A stretch of 27,955 nucleotides of DNA from a virus (Duplodnaviria; Caudoviricetes). Position 1 is the first letter of the stretch. Every line of letters starts with the position of its first letter. Positions 1-10,100 of this stretch are shown piece by piece. The notes below the pieces were generated by a model. That model was not told the DNA's origin, searched no databases, and was given only the letters and a program-made list of their open reading frames with translations. Location of the stretch: IMG/VR virus record IMGVR_UViG_3300027859_000064, positions 1 to 27,955 of that record, one strand, 5' to 3'. A program made the translations under genes and the position numbers.

Positions 1-717
1 TGCAGTCTGAATACCAATGATTGGTGGAAGTGTGTATCCTGTTCCATCATTAACAAGGTCAATGCTGCTTACAGCAAGATCGGTTGGACCACCACCAAGG
101 TCTTTTGCAAGTTGAATAGTTGCTGTTGCCTGCTGTGCATCAAGATCAACCATCGTAATTTTAGTAGTGAAGATAAAGTCAGATACTGCCTGATCGACTT
201 CTTCAATTCCAGTATCGACCAACTCATCGAGTGCAGCATCAAAGACTTCGCAACTTAACTGATATACGAATAACTTATTCAATTGGTAGAATGGTTTCTT
301 TGCTTCTACATACTTGATTTCAAATATAGTATTATCAAGGGGGAAATAAATCAAATCTCCTTCCTGTGGTCTCGATGTTACTATAACTTCACCTGCATCT
401 AAAAATGGAGCAGTAAAGTCTTCATATCTTTCCTTTGAGATTATCAGAGTAATCTGGTCTGTTGACTGAACACCAAACTTAGATAGAATATCTCCATTAC
501 CTGCAAAACCCTCATAGTTTGCTAGATATGCTTCCATTCTGAATGAGTCATCAAATTCAGTAGCAATTGCTTCATTCAGAATTGCATCCTGACTTACCAA
601 CTTCCTTGGAAGGTAAATAATATCTTGTCCGTATATTTTTAACTGTTCGTTAATGAGATCCTGAACGAGTCTTTGTTCTCCTTGGGATCCTTGTAAAAAG
701 TAAGAGTTTAATGGCAT
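1..717 (-). CDS. gp14: T4-like neck protein gp14 (head completion), runs off the window's left edge
   Basis: Not in the ORF track. Manual translation from ATG at 717 gives MPLNSYFLQGSQGEQRLVQDLINEQLKIYGQDIIYLPRK...YEGFAGNGDILSKFGVQSTDQITLIISKERY...RPQEGDLIYFPLDNTIFEIKYVEAKKPFYQLNKLFVYQLSCE, open to position 1. These are typical gp14 motifs, and the gene lies directly downstream of gp13. Confidence 0.93.
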   Translation of the reverse strand, partial: MPLNSYFLQGSQGEQRLVQDLINEQLKIYGQDIIYLPRKLVSQDAILNEAIATEFDDSFRMEAYLANYEGFAGNGDILSKFGVQSTDQITLIISKERYEDFTAPFLDAGEVIVTSRPQEGDLIYFPLDNTIFEIKYVEAKKPFYQLNKLFVYQLSCEVFDAALDELVDTGIEEVDQAVSDFIFTTKITMVDLDAQQATATIQLAKDLGGGPTDLAVSSIDLVNDGTGYTLPPIIGIQTA

Positions 718-723
718 AACGCA

Positions 724-1545
724 TCAACCTATCAAATCGAAAGGTGGTTCTTCATAAGTCTCCCTAAGTTCTTTCTCTAGAACTTCTAACTCTGCCGTAG
801 CATCATCATAGAGTTGTCTTCCATTCAGTTGAACTCCACCAGGAAGTGCCACTCCTTGGAACTTAATCAAGTTCTGACCCCACTGCCTCTTAATCAGTGA
901 AGTAGTATATTTCTTTAACCACCAGTCGTTATAGACTAATGTAGAATCTGCAGGGTCAATCAACCTATAGCAGTCTAATACGAGGTAGTTATCTTCGTTG
1001 AATTCACGCCAATCAATATCTACGTACAACCTACCATTCTTTCTATTGAATCTTAGTTGTGTATCTGGAGTGATAATTCTACTCAAATCCTCAAGATACG
1101 TCTTGGTCATTGAATAATTTAAGAGATCAAGTGCTCCATAGTAGTACACATCATTCAGGAACAGTTGATATTTGATATTAAACAGACCACTAGATATGGT
1201 GCTGTTGTCCATCTTGAATACTTTATTGATCCCAATAACATGCTCTGGGAGTTGAATAAAGTTCTGGTTTTCTTCCCAACCTACTGTTGTAACACCAATA
1301 CCAGAAGAATTAGTTACTGTGGTTGTTGTGACACCAGACCTTATTACTGCTTTATCTGCTCCACTGACCTTATGCTTCAGGAACATTCTTTGATAACCAT
1401 CAAAGTGGTAATCCTGCCAATGTTGAATTGCATCATCAACCAGGTCTTCAATCTGATCATCATCTACGTTAATTTCCAGAACAGGAAATCCAAGTCTCCT
1501 AAGACAATAATCGATCAATTCTTGTCTGGTCGATGGTTTGCTCAT
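724..1545 (-). CDS. gp13: T4-like neck protein gp13
   Basis: 273 aa with N-terminal RQELIDYCLRRLGFPVLEINVDDDQIEDLVDDA and C-terminal WLKKYTTSLIKRQWGQNLIKFQGVALPGGVQLNG, both hallmark gp13 motifs. Gene order gp13-gp14. Confidence 0.95.
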   Translation of the reverse strand: MSKPSTRQELIDYCLRRLGFPVLEINVDDDQIEDLVDDAIQHWQDYHFDGYQRMFLKHKVSGADKAVIRSGVTTTTVTNSSGIGVTTVGWEENQNFIQLPEHVIGINKVFKMDNSTISSGLFNIKYQLFLNDVYYYGALDLLNYSMTKTYLEDLSRIITPDTQLRFNRKNGRLYVDIDWREFNEDNYLVLDCYRLIDPADSTLVYNDWWLKKYTTSLIKRQWGQNLIKFQGVALPGGVQLNGRQLYDDATAELEVLEKELRETYEEPPFDLIG

Positions 1546-1709
1546 TCTTCGATACCTGCTTCCTGATATTTAACTTTGTTTTGCAATTCAACATAGTCCT
1601 TTGTTAAAGACTCTAGTTTTGCTTCTAAAAGAATATTTTGATTCATTAATGTAGCAATTTTAGAATGATAATTTTTAATCAAGATATTCACGTCAACGTC
1701 ACTATTCAT
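1542..1709 (-). CDS. Small coiled-coil hypothetical protein (55 aa)
   Basis: The start at 1709 (MNSDVDVNILIKNY...) is preferred over the track's 1763 because it lies 4 nt after the upstream fibre stop, avoiding a long overlap. Heptad pattern IATLMNQNILLEAKLESLTKDYVELQNKV. The stop overlaps the gp13 start (ATGA). Confidence 0.8.
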   Translation of the reverse strand: MNSDVDVNILIKNYHSKIATLMNQNILLEAKLESLTKDYVELQNKVKYQEAGIEE

Positions 1710-1713
1710 AGTT

Positions 1714-3276
1714 CTAGAAGGTTCCTCCATCGAGAGTGTTTGTCCAAGTTGGTTTGTTTTCATATACTACAGTTACCGTATTTGGTGAGACTGAAATGCT
1801 AGCACCATTTACAACCAGATCATTTGACGTATCGAATGTTCCTTGAACACCGATCAGAGTAAGAGTGGTTCCACTAGAAATAGATGCCTTACAAACACCA
1901 AATGCTGTGCCATTGTTCTGCTGAGTAACCAGAGCATCTTGAGCAATCGTCTGTGCAGAAGGCAGGGCGATTGTAATTTCAGTTAGAGCAGTCAGAACTT
2001 GCGTAGAAGTTCTTGAATTTACGGCATCTGTTGGGGCATTGGTTGATCTTTGCAGACCATCACTGTCGAAGTAGACAGCACCACCAGTATTAAAGTTACC
2101 AGACTGATAGTAGATACCTTTAACATCTAAGAAACCTTTGGTTCCAGATACAATATTGTTATTAATGGCAGCATCAGGAATATAAGTCCATTTTCTGCTT
2201 GCATCACCATGAGTTCCATGGTTATCTTTAGATGATACATTATTTGAGAGAGCATTATCATCAAATCCAAAGAAACCAACCTTGTTATTACCAACTCCGC
2301 TACTTATATTGTAACTGAATGAAATACCACGGTCTGTATTAGTATCAAATCCATGAGTAACAGTTATTTGTGATGTAGTAGTAACACCAACTGCTGTACC
2401 TGTGAATGTTACAACTTTAGTTGAGGTATTGTATGCTGTAACTGTAGCAATACCAGAAGCATCAATACCTGATACTGCCAGTTGGTCTCCAGTATTAATA
2501 CCAGCAACTGAATCAAGAAGAACTGTAGATACACCAGATGCGACAGTTCCCATGACTGTCTTAACACTGGTTACATCACCAATACCAAAAATAGCATCAT
2601 TAACTGTAACTTGATTTGAGTTAACAGTAGTTGTCGTACCATCAACTTGTAGGTCACCCTTGATGATAACCGTACCTTCATTACTCAGACCATCAGGATA
2701 TGGGTCAATGAATAGTTCATTACCACTACCAGACTTGGTAGAAATAGTGTTAGATGAAATACCAACACTACCAAATATCTGGGGAGAGTTCCACTGCCAT
2801 CCGTGACCAGTGACTACAATTTGATTAGCGCCATTCTCATCATATTCAATACTGACATCCTTACTTGTACCAAAAGTAAGTTTGGTATCATCAGGAATAA
2901 CAATCTCACCAGATCCATTAGGATCAAGGATGATGTCTCCATCAGTATCAGTAGAAGATAATGTATTTGTATCTAATCTTAAATTATCTACGTTCCATTG
3001 ATCGACCCTTCCAGTCTGGTCAACAATGGCAACAAATCCATTTGCTGCAGTTGTGGGGTTTGCTTGACCGGCGACCAGACCAGGAGCAATACTTAATAAG
3101 TCGGTGTAATATCTACCACCAACTACTTGGGCGTTTTGTGAGTTATCACCAGCGAATAGTCTCCCACCTTTATTACCGTGGGTTCCTACTCCAACTGTAA
3201 GACCTAATTCACCAAAGTTAAGACTCGATGGAGCGCCAGTGCCCGTAGATCTTTTTACTCTAATTATACTTGCCAT
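1714..3276 (-). CDS. Virion fibre / structural protein (520 aa)
   Basis: Gly/Thr/Val-rich beta-type sequence. N-terminus IIRVKRSTGTGAPSSLNFGELG is typical of phage fibre attachment domains. Contains the fibre motif GDLQVDGTTTTVNS...DRGISFSY...GFFGFDD and ends LDGGTF. It sits just upstream of the neck genes. Confidence 0.8.
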   Translation of the reverse strand: MASIIRVKRSTGTGAPSSLNFGELGLTVGVGTHGNKGGRLFAGDNSQNAQVVGGRYYTDLLSIAPGLVAGQANPTTAANGFVAIVDQTGRVDQWNVDNLRLDTNTLSSTDTDGDIILDPNGSGEIVIPDDTKLTFGTSKDVSIEYDENGANQIVVTGHGWQWNSPQIFGSVGISSNTISTKSGSGNELFIDPYPDGLSNEGTVIIKGDLQVDGTTTTVNSNQVTVNDAIFGIGDVTSVKTVMGTVASGVSTVLLDSVAGINTGDQLAVSGIDASGIATVTAYNTSTKVVTFTGTAVGVTTTSQITVTHGFDTNTDRGISFSYNISSGVGNNKVGFFGFDDNALSNNVSSKDNHGTHGDASRKWTYIPDAAINNNIVSGTKGFLDVKGIYYQSGNFNTGGAVYFDSDGLQRSTNAPTDAVNSRTSTQVLTALTEITIALPSAQTIAQDALVTQQNNGTAFGVCKASISSGTTLTLIGVQGTFDTSNDLVVNGASISVSPNTVTVVYENKPTWTNTLDGGTF

Positions 3277-3279
3277 GGC

Positions 3280-3504
3280 TTAGAAATTTCCTCCATTGAT
3301 ATCCAAATTTTGGGTTGATCCAGGCGTTAATTCTAAAGTTGCTTCAAATTTGTTAGTTGTCCCGTTATAGACCAGAACTGCACCGTTCTGAACTCCCGAG
3401 ATGTCAACATCAGATAGTCCACCTAAAGTTCCGCCACCTCCGGCAAAGGAGGATAAAACCTTAATAGCATTTTGTGATCCAACTCTGACTTTAATATCTG
3501 CCAT
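3280..3504 (-). CDS. Small fibre-associated protein (74 aa)
   Basis: Contains one copy of the common phage fibre repeat LGGLSDVDISGVQNGAVLVYNGTTNKF and ends LDINGGNF. Tightly packed between its neighbours (5-nt and 3-nt gaps). Confidence 0.8.
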   Translation of the reverse strand: MADIKVRVGSQNAIKVLSSFAGGGGTLGGLSDVDISGVQNGAVLVYNGTTNKFEATLELTPGSTQNLDINGGNF

Positions 3505-3509
3505 ATGTT

Positions 3510-3851
3510 TTAACCTGTGGTAACTCCAGCGGTAACGATAGCACTACCTTCTACAACTCTAGTTTTGAGTGAAGAAGCGTCAGTTAATAGAACATCATAT
3601 ACGTATCTACCAGGTTTCAGTCCAGAGGTGATTGAGGACCCTAAAGAGATCTTTAATTGTCCTTCTGTTGCATTTGGAAAGGATACAACAAAGTTGGCAG
3701 CAGTTGTCAGTGACGCTGCTGATTTTTTCAATTTTGCTGCACCAGTAAATCCTGTTAAGTCAAGTGGAGCATTTGCGTTGTTTTCAAGGTTGAACGATTG
3801 GTCGAAATTTGCACCAACGTCAACTACAATGTTGCTTACATATGCTGCCAT
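3510..3851 (-). CDS. Virion structural protein, probable Ig-like / BppU-N-like adaptor domain (113 aa)
   Basis: The pattern GANFDQSFNL...PLDLTGFTGAAKLKK...GQLKISL...T..LKPGRYVYDVLL...KTRVVEG is typical of phage beta-sandwich fibre-anchor domains. A late promoter lies about 30 nt upstream. Confidence 0.75.
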   Translation of the reverse strand: MAAYVSNIVVDVGANFDQSFNLENNANAPLDLTGFTGAAKLKKSAASLTTAANFVVSFPNATEGQLKISLGSSITSGLKPGRYVYDVLLTDASSLKTRVVEGSAIVTAGVTTG

Positions 3852-3880
3852 TATTACAGTCAGTTAGATCTATCTACTGG

Positions 3881-3888
3881 TATTTATA
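3881..3888 (-). promoter_or_regulatory. T4-type late promoter TATAAATA
   Basis: Plus strand tatttata at 3881-3888 reads TATAAATA on the minus strand, a perfect gp55 consensus. It overlaps the upstream stop codon and lies about 30 nt before ATG 3851. Confidence 0.85.
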
Positions 3889-4114
3889 AATCATTTTTCG
3901 CTATGGATAATAGGAGAGACTTTATTTCCTGAATGTCGGACTTCATATCCTTCACTTCATCTTTCAATTTATCCATTTCTTGCTTTTCCTTAAGTTTCCT
4001 TCTGGAAAGTTCCATGAATTTATCGTATTCCTTTTTATTAGAATTAACGATAGCACCATTCGACATATCCCTATAAAGGGATGTGTCGGAATCAACTTTT
4101 AAACGCTCGGTCAT
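3884..4114 (-). CDS. Small hypothetical protein with C-terminal coiled coil (76 aa)
   Basis: N-terminal LYRDMSNGAIVN motif followed by heptads MDKLKDEVKDMKSDIQEIKSLL. The start overlaps the stop of the 2455-aa gene (ATGA). Confidence 0.85.
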   Translation of the reverse strand: MTERLKVDSDTSLYRDMSNGAIVNSNKKEYDKFMELSRRKLKEKQEMDKLKDEVKDMKSDIQEIKSLLLSIAKNDL

Positions 4115-7100
4115 ACTGGGGAATCAAATGTTCTTAGGGCAATTGCTCTCAAGTTCTTAATTCTTGGAGCTTCAGATTGGTCGGGAGATGTCATGACAAT
4201 CTTGACCTGGAATCCATTAAACTGTGGAGTGTTTTCTGCGGTATACTTGTACTCGCTGAATCCATTCTCTAGTATATTTGGATTTACAGTATTGTCTGAT
4301 AAACCATTTCCATTGAATGGGATATAGGTTTGACCAGTCTCATTTTCGTCATTTCTAAACAGTCTGTAGAAGACTCTGATTTGTGACTCTCCCATTCTAT
4401 GTCCATCCAATTGGACGTATACAGAATTAGAAGTAAACTCAAGATTGATTCTCTTGGTTTCGTAGATTGCAGCGTTAGGATCAAATCCAGGAACATTGAC
4501 TCTACTATCAAGATCATAATCAACTTGTGGGTCATTGATAAGGTTGCTGATTGCAACAATGTTAGTTGTATCAAGGTCAACCATGGGAGATACGTTCTCG
4601 TCAGTAGTTGATAGCAGCATTTCAAGTTCAAATGATTTTTCACCATTAAGAAGGTTAGTTTCATTTACCTGAGACGCAACCATTCTTGGACTATCAAGAC
4701 GATTCAACTGATTCAGAGTAACACCCTCGTAACCAGTATTGGTGAATGATGCTTCATTGCTACTGATACTTGTTCCTGTAGTTGTTCTAATTCTTGCAGA
4801 AACAGCTGTTCCTGAAGGACTGACAAGGTTGATATTTGGTCTAATGTATTCAAAGGGAATGTTCTGAGTTATCTGAACATTATTGCCACCGATTGCTTTA
4901 GTTGCATCGAATAACTTAGCAGTGTTATCAAGACTTACATGATAACTATTGAATGTCTTCTCTCTTGGATCAATATTGTGGAGTGTGTTGATCTTCAGCA
5001 GGTTTACGCCATTTGCCTCATACTTGAAGACAGTTGAGTTCTGTGCATGATTAGATTTGAGACTGCCGTCTACAACTCTCTCCGAAACAGTAATGTCATT
5101 ACCGGAAATTACCTGGTAACCGAGGATTTCTTGGTCGATCTGTAAATAACCAGTGTTTCCACTACCAACTGCTGCTCCTTCAAAGTTAGCAAATGCGCTT
5201 CCATCTGTGACTTTAATAACTGTATCGCCTTCATTAAATGCAGCAGTCAGAGTTGTTGGAGCGACATCACTTGCGATGTTATACACTCTAAGTTTGTTCT
5301 GACTTGAATGCATGCCATGGTTGAAGTGACTGAAGATCATTGTCTTACCGTCTCTGATTGGATCATCATTGACGAACTGAATTGCTGGTTGTGCTGTGCT
5401 AGTGCCATTGTTATCGACAAAGTTATATGCAGAACCAGAATCAAATGAACCTTTAACATCATCAACAACAATCAGGTTGGTTACAGTCGCAACACCGACA
5501 GTAACTCTTACTCCACTTCCAGTTGAACCAAGTTGATTCATCAGCAGAAGGTCTCCAACCTGATATCCAGCACCACCATTAGCAATTTGTATTTGGGTAA
5601 CTGCTCCACCAGAAACAGTAACATTTGCAGTACAGGATACGCCGAAACCAGTGAGAGATGTAAATCCAATACCAGGATAAACATTGTCAGTTAAACCGAC
5701 ACCAGCAGTTGGTTGAACCAGCGCAGTGGTCATACCAACCAGACCACAGCGACTACCAGTAGCAAATACATTACCCGTAGTTGTTCCCTGAACAAGTGAA
5801 TTGCCAGGTCCATAATTTACGATTGATGTAGGAATACCAACAAACTGTCTCTTAGAGAACGATTGGATTGGATTGATCTTTCTAATACCAACTCTAGGCA
5901 GTTCGCTGTTGTAGAACGAGACTGAAACAGGAGTGTTGGTTACAAACTTTGCCTTATTCAGTTTGAACTTAAGGTCTTCCAACTGACTTGGAGTCCAGGT
6001 TGACTGGTTCTGTGACTTGAACAGTGAACCAAGATATGGTTGCTTGTTATAAACTGCCTTGAGTTGAAGATCTTCTTCACCCATTCTAGTGATGAATGTC
6101 AGATACTTCTCTGTGGGTGAGATAAGAACCAGAGCATATTCATATCCAGTTTGCAGATAAACAGGAGTTGGGAACGAGAATGATGTTGCTGCACTACCAT
6201 CATCAGACAAGTTAACATCATTTGATGCAATATTAACCTGACCAAATGGTACAACTTGGGTTGTTGGTGTGCCATCTCTCATAGTTCTGATTTGAACCGT
6301 GACTGGAATTGTGGGATCCTTAGTCTTGAAGTATACTTCACCACCAGTTACGTATATACCATCAGATTCTGTTCCATTATCATTTTCAGCAGTAATCAAG
6401 AATGACTGTGCAAGTGGGTCAAAGTATTCACCAACAACCGTCTCGGAACTGGTACTAGAAGAAGAACCACTTTCGGTTCTGATTGCAGATCTTTCATTCT
6501 GTTGGAGTCTTAATGCATCCAGAGACTCAACAAATCTTCTATCGACTTCTGGTGTCTTAATAGCAAGAACTTGCTCTTCATAACTCGTGGCGTATCCAGA
6601 AGACAGATACTCAGTTTCAGCAGAACTACCACCTGGATCTAATACAGGTGAGTTGACAGGAGATGAAGTTATTCTGATTGTGCTTGATCCAGTGGTAAAC
6701 TTAGGATTAGCAGCAATAACTGGATCAGGAATGTGCAGGGAGAATTGTAACTCACCCTTATCATCAGTGATCAACTGTGTTTCGCCTATCTGTGCTTCTG
6801 CAGTTCCATCGCTGTTAACAATGAACATACCCTTTTTAACGAATCCAAGGTGTTCTGGTTTCGTTTGATTGGAAAGGTCTGCAAGGTCAACATTGATGAA
6901 CTCTGAAGTTCCAGAATAAGTAGCACTACGTCCAGGAATAGTAACTTGTGGATTATTGAATGGACCAATCTCGTGGTTATGCTGTGCTGCACGGAACGTA
7001 ATCTGTGGTGCTCCAACTTGTGCTAAACTAACGCTGCTAACAATATCACCAGTCTTGAATGAACCATTTACCATTGAAATTGGCAGATTCTTGGGGAATG

Positions 7101-10100
7101 CAAACTCATTCATGTCAACACTTTCCATGAAGACATAATACTTTGTATTTGGTTTCAGTTTCTTAGCAGTTACATGAATATTTCTAGAACGACAGTTATG
7201 GAGAGTTTCTATTCCAATAACTCTATCTCCAAGACTGATCTCTTCCAGTCCAGAAGAAAGTTCAAGACCGAATACTCTTTCTTCACCAGTTTCAACAGCA
7301 GTATCGATAAAGTCCTCTTTGATAGTAGCACTCCACCAACTACTTTCTGTTGTAGTAGTGGTAGTGGCTCTACGACGACCTCTGCCTGGTTCAAATCTAG
7401 AGAGTGTAGTTTGGGTGCTGGTGTGACTGCTACTACCGCTTGAGGAACTAAGTGTTGTGCTATTGACTAGTTCGCTATCAATCACTCTGTCATCACCGTT
7501 CCAGGTGAATTCAGAAGAGTTCCACCAACTTGCTGCCATTCCACCATTCTCACGGTCTTCAACAGAGAGCAATTCTGCCATACCGTTGAATACGGAATCA
7601 ACCTGAACAATATCGGGAGTAGCAAGAACAATCTCTTCAATCCAGTAGTCTGTTGCAGGAGACAGGTCGATTGAACCAGCATACAATGCAATGTGATATG
7701 GATTCAGGTTTTCTGTTCTAGTTGCAAGTGGTTGATCAATGAATTCTACTTCTTCAAAGTTAAGAGTAAGTCCAGGACCCTTTCTGGTTACATTGACATC
7801 AGAGAAATCATCTGCCCAAGCGTAATCAGCATCTGTGAAGTTTGCTTCAGTCGATACGGTTTCAAACTGCAGAGTAACGTTTCTTTCGGCAGAACGTGGA
7901 CGTAATTCAGCACGTTTGATGTCAATATCAAATCTTGATTCACCTTGCAGGTTAGCACCACTGTGATTTCTAAAGTTATCTACAAAGAAACCAGACTTAA
8001 ACTTATCCAGTCCAGTATTAGGATCCTTGATTGAAAGATTCTTAGTATCAGTCTCAAGCAGGGAGAGTGTAGTATAGTTCTCAAGATTCTTAACTCTATT
8101 CTCAATTCCACCAATATCCTTCATGGTGAATCTCTTATGAGGAATGAGTTTCAGAGTAGTGTCGTAAGTCGCATTGAACACATATGGGTCCATGGTGATA
8201 ACAGCGACTTCAAATCCTTCGGTGTTACCAACTGGTAGTTTTGGAAACTCTGCAGGTTCTCCTTGCTTAATTAAGAACTCTCCATCTCTAGTTAAGTACA
8301 GTCTATCAATTCTTCCAAGATAGTGAGAGAAATCAACAACAAGAGTTTTATCGGTTACTGCAGTTTCAGAGTTTGAATTGGAGAATGATCTTGATTCAAA
8401 TGCGAATGGAGAATCAGTTGAATTGAGAGCATATACATTTGCCCTTGGTCTCAGGTCAATGAAATCTGATATTCTGAATCCACTAACTTCTGGAACTTCT
8501 GATGTGAAGTTGAGATTATTATAACTGTTGACAGATTCTACTGTTCCAGTGCCTTCATCAGTAGTAAGATGATCAAAGACAACTCTCAGTTGTCTAGTTG
8601 GTTCAGCAGCGTCTGAGTTTCTCTTAATTCTTGAAATATCACAGAATTCTGCTCTTTGTCCAGCATCTAGACTATAGTCATAACTTACATTTCTATCACC
8701 AATAACAAGTGTGTTAATATTTGCAGTGATAGAAGAACTTTGCAGTGAAATTGTTTCTAACAACTCGAAAGTTCTATCATTCTCATATACAAAGTTGAGT
8801 TGGTTGCCACTTACGACATCAACAACACGAGCAACTGCACCTGAGGTTGCACCAACAATCTGTTCTCCAACAACTACATTATTAGAGAATGTGTCACTTT
8901 GAGCAGAACCAATAAGGGATGGAAGAGTTGGAGCATTAGCATCATTAGATTCAAATATACCAAGAACTCTGGTAACTTCTGGAACATTCAGTGAAATGCT
9001 TTCATCCTGAACTCTTGTTCCAAATGGGAATGCTTGTGAGAAGGTCAGTCCATCATCGAACGTTGTAGCACCGGCACCAGCACCTTGAATTCTGGATCTT
9101 GATACAACTAAGTTAGCACATCTTGTGATGTTCTTTGTTTTAGAAGTAAGAGTGCTTCTTCTACAAGTAATAGTAAGAACTGCATTATTACCAGTCTGAC
9201 TAAGACCTGTAATCTGAATTTCTTTAAGAGTGGAGGAAATTGTAACCTGAGATGGAAGAATAATTTCCTTATGACCATTTGCAAAGGTCAAACTATAATT
9301 TTCTTGATTATATGGTTCTAAGAACAGAGTATCATCACCAAGGTCATCTATGTTAAATGTAAGTGTAGTTGCAGTAACATTAAGAGTTCTTTGCTTTCTT
9401 ACAATGTAACTACTATCAAGAAGATTGATAGACGAAATAGAAGTATTAGGGAGTTTGATTATTTTCCCTGGAGCATTTCCTTTTTCAATAAAACCTTGAA
9501 CAACATTCAAGTTCTGAACGTTATCAAGAGCACCACCATTAGCAGCTTTTACTGTGCCACCAGTGTTCACACCAACTACTGTACTAACACCAACCAAGGT
9601 GAGTGAACCAGCAGTAACTGCGCTTACTCTGTTGAATGTGGGCAGAGTTTGACCTGGAATAGTATATGAAACAATGTCATTAACTCTTACAGGAACATTT
9701 CTGAAGTCTCCAACAGATGGTGATGTTACAGCACTACCAGAACCAGCATCTGCTCCAATTTGGAATGCCGAACCGGGTTCAATGAGATTCGTAGTCTGCT
9801 GCATCGAAACGTTGCAAGCAAAATTTGTTGCACCGATAGACTTGACATCACGAATATCATTATCCCTGACTACTGTGATGTTTCTACCTACAGCAAGTCC
9901 ATCAATTTCAATTGGTTCGTTGATTTGGAACTGACCAGTTACGTCTAACAGATTGAGAACTGTTCCATCTGTAACTGCATCCTTAAGATGACCAGTTGCT
10001 CCACTGAATACACCCTTAACATGTGCTGCATTTCCAGCAGTAACTGCAAGTCCAAGTGTTATAGTGGTAAACGTTTGAATATCATAGAGTCTTAAATCAA

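Noticed and set aside
1710-1763. ORF-track start at 1763 for the small coiled-coil gene
   Set aside because: It would overlap the fibre's C-terminal coding region by 50 nt. ATG 1709 fits the tight packing better.
3100-3276. Fibre N-terminus loosely reminiscent of Mtd-type attachment domains, raising the idea of a diversity-generating retroelement
   Set aside because: No reverse transcriptase and no template/variable repeat pair are visible in the window, and the C-terminus is not CLec-like.
3274-3282. In-frame stop-to-start junctions (74-aa gene to fibre TAA GCC ATG; gp6 to gp7 TAA GAA ATG; gp13 to gp14 TGA TGC GTT ATG) suggesting read-through fusions
   Set aside because: In-frame spacing has a one-in-three chance per junction. 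TAA is a tight stop, each downstream gene has a normal ATG, and the long ORFs give no sign of genetic-code reassignment.
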